Source: Tubulanus polymorphus
Taxonomy: Eukaryota > Animalia > Nemertea
Direction of reading: 5' to 3'
Assembly: GCF_964204645.1 (NCBI RefSeq)
Contig: NC_134036.1
Span: forward strand, 11,015,859-11,079,858
DNA: 64,000 nt
Position numbers and translations under genes: made by a program. This document shows positions 36,245 through 47,670 of the stretch, one piece after another. The notes beneath the pieces were generated by a model. It did not search any database, was not told the DNA's origin, and saw only the letters and a program-made list of their open reading frames with translations. Within the stretch, counting starts at the first letter, position 1. Every line of letters starts with the position of its first letter.

Positions 36245-37507
36245 TTTTAGCCACATAGGTCAGCAATCACATAAGGTGCATTTCGTTAGTCCGTCCGTCC
36301 GTCCGTCCGTAGACGGAATCCAGTTATTTTGGGAAGTTTTGAAGACGCTTCAAGGTAATGTCTTGATACTTGGGTTAGACATGTATCTACCCTAGACACA
36401 TCTTCAGCCCAAAAACTGGCCCTGTCAGATTCAAGATGGCCGACTGGCAGCCATTGTTGTTCGCCAAAATCAGCACTTTTTACACATCTTGAACTTTTTG
36501 AGGGAAATTTTGAAGACGCTTTGATCAATTACCTTGATCTTTCGGATATATGTGAATTCCCCCAGGGCCCATCATAACAGCATAACAAAAATTGGGTCGA
36601 TCGGATTCAAGAAGGTCGTCCTATGACCTTTTTAGTGCCCAAAAACGTTAATTTTGGCCCAAATTCTGAGTCCTGTAGCTTCCTACTGGTTTATCATTTC
36701 TCATTGCAATTTGTGATAGGTATTCTTTGGAAAGGGATGTTTTATACCTGAGACAGGTATTCTTCATCAGCCAATTATGACGCAATTGGCGGCCATCTTG
36801 GTGTCAGCAGTACTCATTCGTAAGTGGGAAAAAGTTTTTCCACATTATATTGATACCTAAGCGTATTTTGTTACCACAATCATTTAGAAAGTTGCAGCTC
36901 ATAACGTGTTCTATGATTGTGGTGAGTTTCGAGGTCATTGGTTTTTGTATATGGCCACCAGGGGGCGTTGAATAATGCAATATCTTAGTATTTCTATATT
37001 ATATTCGTATCAATGCATATTTTGTAACTATAATCAATTGCAAAGTTGTAACTCATGACATCATCTATGATCGTGGCAAGTTTTAAGGCCATTAGTTATT
37101 CTATATGGTCACCAGGGGGCGTTGAATAGTAGAATAACTAAATATTTCCTTATTAAATTGGTACCTAGGCATATTTTGTTACCATGATCAATTACAAAGT
37201 TATAGTTCGTGACATGTTCTATGATTGTGGTGAGTTTCAAGGTCATTGGGTTTTGAATATGGTCACCAGGGGGCGTTGAATAGTAGAATAACTTAGTATT
37301 TCCATATTTAAGTGGTAACGAGGCATATTTTGTTATCACAATCAATTACAAAATCGTAGCTGCTGACATGTTCTATGATTGTGGTGAGTTTCAAGGTCAT
37401 TGGATTCTGTATATGGTCACCAGGGGGCGTTGAATATTGAAATTGTTAGATTGTTGAGCATTTGGAACCACTTCCCAAGTGGGCATGGTATCCCTGGACC
37501 CCTAGTT
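36245..37507 (+). mobile_element. Helentron-associated (HINE/DINE-like) non-autonomous element with internal 154-bp tandem repeats
   Basis: (GTCC)n near the 5' end (36289-36310), four 154-bp repeats (36842-37437), 3' end ..CTAGTT. Confidence 0.6.
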
Positions 37508-38295
37508 AATTTTAATGCCAGTGCTCGCTAAATGCCATTTCAGAGAACCAAATTGCTCAATCTAACTCAAATTTGATGAAAGTTCCATTCTTTATAATGC
37601 CAATTTTGTTATTATGCCATGTTTTCCATTTGCCGCAACAGTGTACTAATACTGTATAGGCTTACACAAACTGAATGGCTATCTTTCTCCTTTTATCCTA
37701 GACGATATAAGTAACATATGCCATGTCTGTGGAAATGAAAATGGCAAGTCTTCTGATTGGGTAAGTATAACTTGAATAGATTTAGGTGAGATAAATTAAA
37801 AAGACCAAAAGAATATACAATGTACTAAGGGAATTATGGCTAGTAATTGCAGGGAGGGTCAAAGTCATGTTTTGTGCTTTGATTGTTAAGACAGAAGCAC
37901 CCATATATAAATGAACATTAATCAGAATATACAGTTCTGTTATTTCTTTTCTAGGAGGAATGCAACTATTGCTATCGATGGTACCATGTGGTGTGTCTAC
38001 CTCATACTTTAAACCGAAAGATAATTCTAAATTTTGATTGGAAATATATTTTCTGCAAGCAGTACTGTAGTAAGTAAAGAAATAAACACTTAAATTCATG
38101 ATAAGAAATAAACACATTAAATTCATTCTATATTCTGAATTCCATTTTATTTTTTGTCTCAATATTTACAACCTGTCAAAGAAGGAAACGGATCGGAAAT
38201 CTTTTCAGATTTTAACTTTAAAATTTCGATTTTATCATCGCAGAATAACGTATACCTATTGACACTGTAATTGACTTTTGACTAGCCATGTGCTT

Positions 38296-38570
38296 TACTT
38301 CCGCGTACGTCACGGTTTGTTTACTTCCGGTATATTCAGAACATGCGCAGTGCGAAACCTAACTGTGGCCGGTAGAAAAAATCGCTTACCGTGAGGGAGG
38401 AGGGAAAGTGGGGGATAATTCCAAGATGGCGTCTTTTAACGGCTATTGTGAAATCATGAACGAGTTTCGACGAAAAATATTTCGCAATAACAAGTGAAAC
38501 CGTAAATCGTGTTCGGGCAAGTCATTTTCTGACTATAAAAACGCGATGTAAATCCATAAATTAATCATTC
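38296..38570 (+). promoter_or_regulatory. Pol II-type promoter of the PC4 gene
   Basis: ACTTCCG x2, ACGTCA, CAAGATGGCG, TATAAAAA at 38534, TCATTC at 38565. Confidence 0.6.
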
Positions 38571-38599
38571 TGTTCCGAGACTTCGAACCATCAACATAC

Positions 38600-40577
38600 A
38601 TGATGAATACGACTACTTGACAAAGTATTTTAGAAATATGTAGTACGACGAAGTCATCTACTCAATCTAGAAAAAGAAAACGCCCGACGCACAAACTCGC
38701 CTTCAGTAAGTTTCTACGCAGTCGCGGGCCCGTTGAAAGTTCAACGGAATACCTGGAACTATGACCCCGAGCCTCATTATCTAGGATCGCTTGTATATGC
38801 CAGTGCTAAAACGTGGCAGGGGGTAAAACGTATAGATTTACGAACTTTCGAATGCTGCGAACGACGAAAACAACTATACCCTACTAAAAACGGTATTGCT
38901 TTGGATCTCCAAGAGTGGGTACATATAGATTATTGTAAAGCCGATATCGAACACGAAATTGCGCGCGTTAAAGAAGATATCGATTACGTGGGTGTGGTGA
39001 CCGTTGGTCGTTCGAACTTTATCAAAATATATAGATCTAGTCACGATCACCGTATTTACGTAGATATCCGAAAATACGATCAACACGATGAGCTTTTCGA
39101 CGTAAATCCGACTAGATGCGGCGTTAAACTAACATTGGAAAAATGAAAAAAATTAAAAGACATTAATTTTACAGAAGATATATCCGAACTGGCTAATATG
39201 AGACCGTGCTGGTATGATTCGAGGCTGTTCGAATATCACGGATACCGGATACCGGACACCTAAATACCGGATACCGGATACCCGAGATTGCGGAGTATAT
39301 AGCGCATCGGGTCTAATGGTCAGCGGTAAACGGCAGTTCGTGTGAGATCTAGTAGAAGAATAAAAGGCCTATATTATTTTCATAATACATCGGTATATGC
39401 TTTTCAAGTACAGTAGCATACAAATGTTACCGGTATAGACAATTCAAACAGATTTATTGCTTCCGAGTAATAACACGATTACATACGACAGTCACGGTAA
39501 CAAACAGTAGACAGAAAATATTTTTTATCATTCTGCCAATTTGAACGGATTACCGAATAGACCGTTTTGGGCAGAGCTACTGTACAATACAAAATATCTT
39601 TATCATTCAGTTTCACGAAGAAGGCCATTTTAATAAAGTTAAGCGTTATTGACGATCTATATTTTCATGATCTTTAGAATTAAATTTAACATCAGGGTAA
39701 ATAGTCACTTAGAGGTATGGTAGGTACCGGTATTTGACGAACTGATTTTTGAAGGTTATACCAAAACAATTGGTGTCCAGGGGTGTTGATTTTCGACGAT
39801 CGCCATGGACTCAATTTCATTTTTAGGGACATCGTGATTGAGAATGAAATGTAGACATATCGTCCAATAAATAGAATATACCGAATATTCTCCTCCATAA
39901 AATAAGAAAACGAATTTTAATTCTTTGTTTGTAAATACTTGTATTTCATTGGTGTTCAGCTCAACTATTCCATCGTAAATCAACAAATACAAAATGTAGA
40001 GATCTTTAAAACAAACTTTATTAGACGAAACTTTAGACTCGCTTATGGCCTTCAAACTTGAGATATAGGGCCTAGCAGTACTCAGCCCTATTAATGAAAG
40101 GATTTTACAGAAAAACCAAAAAGGGCCACCAATACATATCCATCACCAGTGAAGTAAGATAATAAAAAATGAATATAACGTTTAACTTCACCTAACCAAA
40201 GAAAAACAGTATTCAGAAAAAAATATGTATAATATTGAGATCGATGATGACACTTAAAACGTGAGAGAAGGCTGTAATCAGGCTAGCATTAAGACAAATA
40301 AGCTGGTTAGCCGCTGTAACAATTTGACATAAATGAATTGTATGTCGCGGCAGTACTACTTACAACAACACGGAAACGAATCCTTAGACCCGATGCGCTA
40401 TATATTCCGCAATCTCGAGTATCCGGTATTTAGGTGTCCGGTATCCGGTATCCGTGATATTCGAACAGCCATGATTCGAGTCACTCGAATCAGGAATACA
40501 GGTGTCCGCACTGCGCAAAAGACACAAGCGGGGTTAGAAAAGCACTCGAATACGGAATAATGATAACCCAAGTATAA
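38600..40577 (+). pseudogene. Tandem PC4 (SUB1-like) domain protein with C-terminal Zn motif, split by a MITE
   Basis: IDLR.F...PTKNGIAL...EW and VDIRKY...PTRCGVKL; removing 39223-40479 restores PCWYDSSHSNQEYRCPHC. Confidence 0.8.
39223..40470. mobile_element. Non-autonomous Mutator-like (MULE) element
   Basis: ~90-bp TIRs starting GGCTGTTCGAATATCACGG; perfect 9-bp TSD ATGATTCGA at 39214-39222 and 40471-40479. Confidence 0.9.
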
Positions 40578-40680
40578 TTTCCCAGATAATTATTAGATAA
40601 TATTCATATAAAAGCTTATTAAAATGCATAATAAACTTGCAATGGATATAATATTTCATATCTGTCTCATTTTATTCGGA

Positions 40681-41582
40681 TTTACTCTATAATAATCTAG
40701 CATTTTGGTCGTTGCACAGACCCTGGATACAATCATCAAAGAATGTAATTAAGTAATTGAGCAACAAAAACCATTGACCCATCGTTAACATCTGCCATCT
40801 GAAATATCTGGTCAGCAAACATCTGCAGCGAAAAGTAGCTATTGCGTATAAAATACTCGTCAGAAGATCTCGAAATCCATAACCAAAATGTCGAGCAAAG
40901 CAGGAGCAAGATTTTTTTATTGCAACTACGCTGGAACGCCGGTGTGCTGTGTGTGCCTCGAAAGACGGCGAGCGTTGGTGGCCTGTGAAAACCATCCCTT
41001 GGCTAACTATATTTGTATGGGATGTTTTATTCAAATGGTAGAACTACGTCCAGAGGACCAACGGTATATTACGTGCCCAATGTGTCGCCTGGTATGGTAT
41101 TTCGAGTTGATGAAAGCGCGCCGTTCGACGTTGAGTGGTATGCGTGAAAGGCCACGTTAGGAAGACGCCGACTAAGAAGAGTTATGAAAACGATATACTG
41201 CAAAAAAAACACACGGTTCTTTTAAGAACCACCCCAAAATTCTCAGAAAGAGACAGTTTTGCTAAGCTCCTCGCTTTATGCCTCAGTTTTTCTTTTTTCT
41301 CAGAAGATTAAAATGTGTAAAAAAATACATCAACCATTGTGAGGACAGAACGGGCAATATATCACCCGCTCTAACCAAAAGGGGGTTAACTAAAGTAGTG
41401 AAATTCTATATTTTACGAATTTTATACGTTATTATTCAGGTTTACTCTACAATAATCAAGCATTCTGTCGTTGACCAGCCCCTTCATACATTATATTATC
41501 AAAGAACGTAATTAAGTTATTGAGAAACAAAAACAATTGATCCGTCGTTAGCATCTGCCGTCTAAAATATCTGGTCAGTAAA
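40681..41582 (+). repeat. Diverged ~145-bp direct repeats at 40681-40820 and 41441-41582
   Basis: TTTACTCTA.AATAATC.AGCATT...ATCAAAGAA.GTAATTAAGT.ATTGAG...AAATATCTGGTCAG.AAA in both. Confidence 0.85.
40888..41160 (+). CDS. Small RING-finger protein (putative E3 ligase)
   Basis: CCVC..C.NH..CMGC..CPMCR. Confidence 0.7.
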   Translation: MSSKAGARFFYCNYAGTPVCCVCLERRRALVACENHPLANYICMGCFIQMVELRPEDQRYITCPMCRLVWYFELMKARRSTLSGMRERPR

Positions 41583-41716
41583 TTATCAGTGTTTACTATA
41601 AAACCAGCTGGATAGCGCGTTATATTCGGTAGTCTGTCACATGGGTACACACCAAAGAAAAACGCTTTCAGACATTCGTCTTTTTTTAATAAATTCTAAA
41701 ATTTGGTTTGTGTATA
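41583..41716 (-). pseudogene. N-terminal fragment of adenain-like cysteine protease
   Basis: T.QI..FFGVYPCDRLP..P..FIVNTD, truncated before the catalytic GxHW; directly follows the MCP. Confidence 0.75.
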
Positions 41717-41737
41717 ATATGGTCGCTAATAATCGAT

Positions 41738-43028
41738 CTATATATGACGTTCTTTAGTTACTTGTAGTAATTCGTCGAAAACGGCGTAAACAATCGAATT
41801 CACGTTATGCGGTGAAGCTTCATCATATCGCATTTCGATTTTTAACGACCCCTTTTTAATTAGTGACAGGTGCGGTTGATCCCCGTACTCGGGCAACATG
41901 TTGAACCCACAAATGAAATTGCCTTTTTTGAAATCCTCACGTTTTATCCCAATTCCTTCGATTTTATACAATAAACCCCGGGCTATATATAAACCGTGAT
42001 ACACTTCACTACCATCACCGCGAGAGTCTATAATTAACGGCGAGTTTAGTGCATGGATATTATCAACGGTCACCCCCTATATAATTCAACGAATAATCCT
42101 TGAAATCCAACGGATTCTTTTTGTAATTACCGCTCAACGCGTCGTCGTCCACTAAAGCTAAAACAATAGCCTTAGGTATCTCTCCGACGAAAACGGAATC
42201 CTTGATAATTGTTCTCAGACCTCCTTGAATTTTTAACGATAATAATTCAGTTCTCGAAAAATAATATTTTGCTGTACTCTTTTCCAGTGCTTTAACGTGC
42301 GCTACTAAAACAGAACTATCCAGTTCTAGTTTACGAATGTATAGTTAAGCGCTTTCAATCTTTATACGAAAATCTGGGTTTTCGGCAGGGGAAATTAGAG
42401 CAAAACATTCCTTTGATCGAGTTAGTTTTATTTGTAAATCTGTATTGTTGATGAAAATCTTATTCATTCTCATTACGTCGCTGTACAAACGAGTATAAGC
42501 GCAAACCAGTTTACTGCCTTTAGTGTAGTTATTCCTTCTGACCAAACCGGAATTTGCGTTTGGTAAAGTAGGATCGATATTTGACTTTTTTCCGGCTTCG
42601 TCTTCGGCATAAAGATCGCATTGTAGCCAGCTGCTATTTTTAGTATACGAGTTGTAATTAACCATATTTTCCAGCTCACATTTGAACGGGTATAACCCCC
42701 CGTCGTGGGTAACCACTCGGTCGTTAAGCGTAATTTGCATATCGCTAAATAGACTATTGGCGCCATTGATCATTGAGACTGGCTTTTCAGGACCCACATT
42801 AGTTCAATCGGCGTTAACTATTTTGAGCTGTAGTTCTAAATACGTGACGTTTAAATCTAAATATTGTTCAGTTCTGAATACAATCGGTCCCATATCGTTA
42901 ATCGACGTAGTGGGTTCATAGCTGACGTATCGGCATTCTTTGAAATCTATCTGTGTTCCGGGAACTGTAAACAGATCGAGTTCGGACTTGACGGACAATG
43001 GCGAATCCTTGCGTACTAATAATGACAT
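41738..43028 (-). pseudogene. Major capsid protein (PY) of element B
   Basis: KSELDLFTVP.TQ, SLFS....LND, YPFK, H.KALEK..AKY, KNP..F, G.LKIE, VYA.FD. Confidence 0.9.
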
Positions 43029-43029
43029 A

Positions 43030-43400
43030 ATTAGTACGCTTCAGCGGATGCTTTGGTTTGTCGTACGCGTTTTCTGGTTGTTATACGTCAACTTCGTTTA
43101 CGACCTTTTATTGATTTTGGGGTTGAGGTAGATGGTCTCTTTAAACTTCGTCTGATAATGCGACCCATTGTTTCGATGCCACGATCTTTGATGGCTGTCG
43201 CGATATACTTACCGCCTACCACATCGCTGGCTACGTGTAAACCCGTTCTCAGTAAAGAGGAACCGCTTGCTTGGCGATATCTTTAGTAGTGGAATAACTG
43301 GACGAGCCAACCCGCCCAAGACTGATGCAAATCAAGCACCGCCTTGTACGGGGAATGCCGTGTATAGGTCAATACCCGAACCGCTTTGGTTCATGTAATA
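43030..43400 (-). pseudogene. Gly-rich/basic core protein upstream of the MCP
   Basis: SGSG, Q.G...SVLGGLAR..IPLL, G...ASDV..G, basic C-terminus. Confidence 0.55.
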
Positions 43401-43437
43401 TTTACCACAAGCATCCCGATCGATTTCGCAGAGAGCC

Positions 43438-43598
43438 CTCATAGCAATAAATTCTTCTTTTTAAAGTGTAGACCCAGGTTAACTTTGTCCTCTCTGAAAA
43501 CGGGGATTCTTCCAGCACATTTTAGGATTTTAAGACATATCGTGAAAAAGACTGCTATCGATGACGTGGACAGGAGGGTTTGTTTCATTCCGTTCCAA
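43438..43598 (-). pseudogene. C-terminal fragment of element-B penton
   Basis: ..AGRIPVF...KV...LHFKK* in the expected position. Confidence 0.5.
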
Positions 43599-43599
43599 G

Positions 43600-43785
43600 A
43601 AATATGGTATTATCTAGCGTTGTTAAAGACATGGGTTATAAATTATCGAATATATGTTTAGAATATGACACGGTAAGTGATGAAAATATTGCTAACACAA
43701 TTCAAACTAAATACAATCCAGGATTTTCATTATCATATGATTATATTGATAAATTCAATACTGTAACTATTAATGCAAATGATGC
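43600..43785 (+). pseudogene. Internal fragment of element-A family major capsid gene
   Basis: VLSSVVKDMGYKLSNICLEYDTV..TVTINAND, near-identical to 16190-16371. Confidence 0.92.
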
Positions 43786-45180
43786 TACGAGCAATTATCT
43801 CAGGTTGAGATTATTGCTCGTAGGTTTGTGTTATTCAGCTCAAACGTACATGTGTAGCTGCAGTGATCAGCGCATTTTCTGTATGCGGTTGCAATACACG
43901 TTTATAGATTAATTTGTCCTAGTCGCACTTTTCGCGTCCTATTGATCCGCAGCAAGATTTCGTAGTAGCTAAAAATATTTGTAATGTTGATTTCCTGTAT
44001 GCGTTGGTAGTTATTAATGGGTGTCAGATAAAAAACGATGTAGTAAGCAGGTTGTTGTTAGACGCGAAGAAAGAAGGACACGTTGGGACTCGACCTCACA
44101 ACAACTACTTGTGTTGATCTCATTTCAACCTTTGTAGTACACTATATCTTGTTTTGCATTGTTTAAACTCGCTAAATAGTTGAACACGACAGAAGATTGA
44201 CGACACCGGCCTGACTTTTTTACGTACATGTCTTTTTTATGAATGAAAATAAGAACATACCTTTTTTATTGCGAAGTAGTGAGTCTAAATCTCGCTCGCA
44301 CCAAATGGACCATTGCGCAGCGAACGCGTACACGTACACGTGGCTCCATAGGAGATTCACCGACGCCGGCCGTAAGCTCGTGCCACCATCTCGATCATTA
44401 TCTTTACATCATATCTTATTTTTTTTTCTTATGGAAAGCTCCATTTACATCTACACCGCACCCACTGGAGTCAGGTGGGGGACTGAAAAATTGTTACATG
44501 ATTGTAGCGAGAAATTGTAGTTTAGAAAGAAAATTACCTCAAGCTCCGTGAGTAAAGGGAAATTGGGGGTTTGAGGCCAGAAGTATGGAGTATGAGGCTA
44601 GGTAGGTTTTTGGGTTAAAATGTTGCGTAAATTATATGGGGTAAATTTTTTCTTGGAGGATGGAAATGCAAGTGAAATGTCTATAAAATAAAATATTTGT
44701 TGATATTTTCCAAACATTGTGATAAATATGTTGGTAAATCGAATATATCTTTTCATAATAAATCATGTAAACATCAGAAAAAATGTAATTGGTGGTGAAA
44801 AAATAAATATAGATGAAAAAAAAATAGATTCTATAAAACTGAATGAAATTTATTGTGATATTTTCGCAGGTTAAAAGACAGTATATATCTCGGTTTCAGC
44901 AGAAAGGAGTACCATTTTGCTTGGTTCTAGGTGTTCCTTTAGCGGTTTGTGACATATTGTGTCAGCTCCAGTTATGTCATTTTATTACTATACCGTTATA
45001 GCGTCATTTTATTACTATACCGTTATAGCGTCTCGTACGATGTTTAATTCGTGTTTGTCGTATATATTTCTGTCTGATGTGATTCCTTACCTTCGCCTGA
45101 AGATACGACAGATTATTCCCTATTTAGTGATGATCGTTAGAACAGCGTCTGTTTCTCCAGTATTTGACTATGTTATTAGG

Positions 45181-45228
45181 TGTTGCTGTTCCCTGTGAAT
45201 TGGTGTAAATTCACAGGGAACAGCAACA
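45181..45228. repeat. Perfect 21-bp inverted repeat with 6-nt loop
   Basis: TGTTGCTGTTCCCTGTGAATT-GGTGTA-AATTCACAGGGAACAGCAACA. Confidence 0.95.
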
Positions 45229-47319
45229 GTTATAAGGCGCAGCTATAAATTGACTTTCAATTTTGGAATTGAAGAAAATTATATGAACTTTAAAAAGTCC
45301 GATATTTTCAATCTATGATTTGCTGTGATATTTTGTAATCGTATTTCATTATACAATCGTCGCGAGTGTTGTGTTCTGAGTTTGGTTTGTCTCATCTTGA
45401 TTTTCGGGGCGAAAATATTAAGTCCATGGGGATATTAGGAAGATAGTGATGTGTACGGAAGCTGGAGTTCATGGTTAGTGTTACTATTGCCAGACTGCCT
45501 GCGTTGATGCATGAGGCAGACATAAACAATTAATAGAAATAATGTAAATAAACACGTCTGGATGTGACGTATGTGTCTACGTAGAAAAACCTAAACATAG
45601 TACGGCCATGAGTTCCGACGAGTACACAAGATATTTTTTGGTTGTTGTGACGTGTGTAGGTACGTTTACATTCCATACATGGGCTGGAGGAATGTTTTGA
45701 CGCATAAATACATGAAAATCCGTGAATTCCAGCCATGTGTGGTAAGGGTCTGCACACGTTACAACATTCCTCCAGCCTCATTTTAAAGAGTAAAATGATT
45801 TAAAATGAGACGCTGGGAAACATTAAAAGTAGAAAAAAAAACAACGAGACTGGAAAGAAAACAGCCAGAGCGAATATACCTCTGTGAATAAAAGCTTATT
45901 ATACCTACCGGAGAAGATTCTTTCAACCTTCATTATCTATCACTTATTTTCGATCGAATTGTCTGTAAAACATCAGTCTTCGTCCATGATTTGAATTCAA
46001 TCCAATAGTTTTCACTATTTTCAATTTGTTCTGCTTATAATCTCTTATCTAGAGTACCAATGCTTAATTTTGATGCTGATTAAACGTACACTCACGTACA
46101 TTTAGGAAAGTCCATATTAAGAATTTCGTTTCTTGTTTTTGTATTGCATCTACACGCCAGAGGTAATAACGGATTCATACATTTGAGAGAAAAAATTCCT
46201 TGTGTACAGACAGTTCAACTTTTTAGATCCCTGAAAAGCTTCCATTTTAGATATCTCGATAATATTTGACCATTTATTTTTCTGATTGACCATTAATTTT
46301 CCCAAAAAGTCCCTTCTTCGAAAAACCTAAGCAACCAATGTATGCTTGCTTTGTGTTTACCAATGCACTTATTATAAGTACATTAGCAAGCACATTGTTA
46401 CCTTTTCTAGCTATTTCCACTGTTTTCAGTGAAATATTGCATCCTGTATTACATGAATCATTCAACGATACTCCGGGACTAATAACTCACAAAAAGTTTA
46501 GATTAACCATTAAACAATATGATACATGACCAAATACACGTTTGATATGAAAAAGACCCGCTACGCGCACATTTCAAATTTCGAACCATGGCTTATCATT
46601 TAAAAATTACGACACGACGTTCGATCTCTCACTAGAGATCATCTTTTTAAATTTATACGCAGCGGGTTTAATTGTTTTGTCAATTAACTACATTTGAGTG
46701 TGATTATACTACAAATACAAAGTGATTTCAGCAATGAAGTTTTAATTGCAATTACAAATATTAACAATCCACTGGTAAACTCTGAACAACCTTCGGCAAC
46801 TAACCTCAGATCGTAGATTGGTCTCAGGTGGCCTGCTGATCCACTTTTCTAATACTACTAAATAATTCAACATTATATTTAGAAGTAGTCCATTGAAGTA
46901 CTATTTATTTTCATATCAGGATAATTTGTGTACGGAAGATTGTAAAACGATATTCCATCGAGTTTTATGGTACTCTAGATTATAGTGTATACAATCAATA
47001 ATTAATTATCTTCCACGGATACCAATCATCCCAAGTTAACACAATAATTTTCTTAAAACTGTTATTGTTGATAACGATGTTTTCTACTGGTCTGAAGTAC
47101 CACTAACAGCGGACTGTTACTGTTGATTACGATGTTTTCTACTGGTCTGAAGTACCACTAACAGCCGAATGTAGGCGATTCATGTAGAATTTAGATTGTT
47201 AAATTAAGGGTGTTAGAAACGTACGGCAGCAAACGGCTTTTCTCATAGTGAGAACGCTTAACTAAATTTATTGCCTATACGCAGCGAAATAATCGCCTAA
47301 ACGCAGTTAAACGACTGTC

Positions 47320-47670
47320 TCGAGCGGAGTTAATGCGTCGATCGCTCTATATTACTTCGAGAAGTTACTGTCTCGGCCAAAGAGTGGCGTGCGATTCGGT
47401 CCGACTGATTCAACCGCGCGCAGCCGTCTCGCGCATATTGGTCCCTATATGAACGAATACTTTTTTGCGCCAAATTCTGGAAATAATTTCTCCCTGGTCT
47501 CCCTTAATTTTCGAGGCCGTACTTCCGGTAGATCGATTTTTTCTTCCCACAAAATAATTTTGCCGTGATCACCGTGCGTTAAGAGTCGATTTTTGGTATA
47601 TAATCTAGAAACAAACATCGGTGATGATCGTGTCTGCAACATAATGGTTCTTGCGTCGGTGAAACTCTCA
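47320..47670 (+). repeat. 5' part of a ~2-kb interspersed repeat (copy 1), interrupted by the Tx1 element
   Basis: Aligns with 62143-62500. Confidence 0.85.

Larger units (their letters stand above)
38280..43598. mobile_element. Element B, right part (inverted relative to the left part)
   Basis: PC4 and RING on +; protease, MCP, core and penton remnants on -; same composition as 24-34 kb. Confidence 0.85.

Noticed and set aside
38380-38440. Right TIR of element B
   Set aside because: Shares only short motifs with 24167-24330; no AGTAGT terminus or GGGAAC TSD found
39692-40055. Transposase inside the MULE
   Set aside because: Short ORFs without DDE or zinc motifs
44975-47165. Two-copy tandem duplications (27 bp at ~44976, ~56 bp at ~47058)
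   Set aside because: Ordinary slippage duplications without further structure
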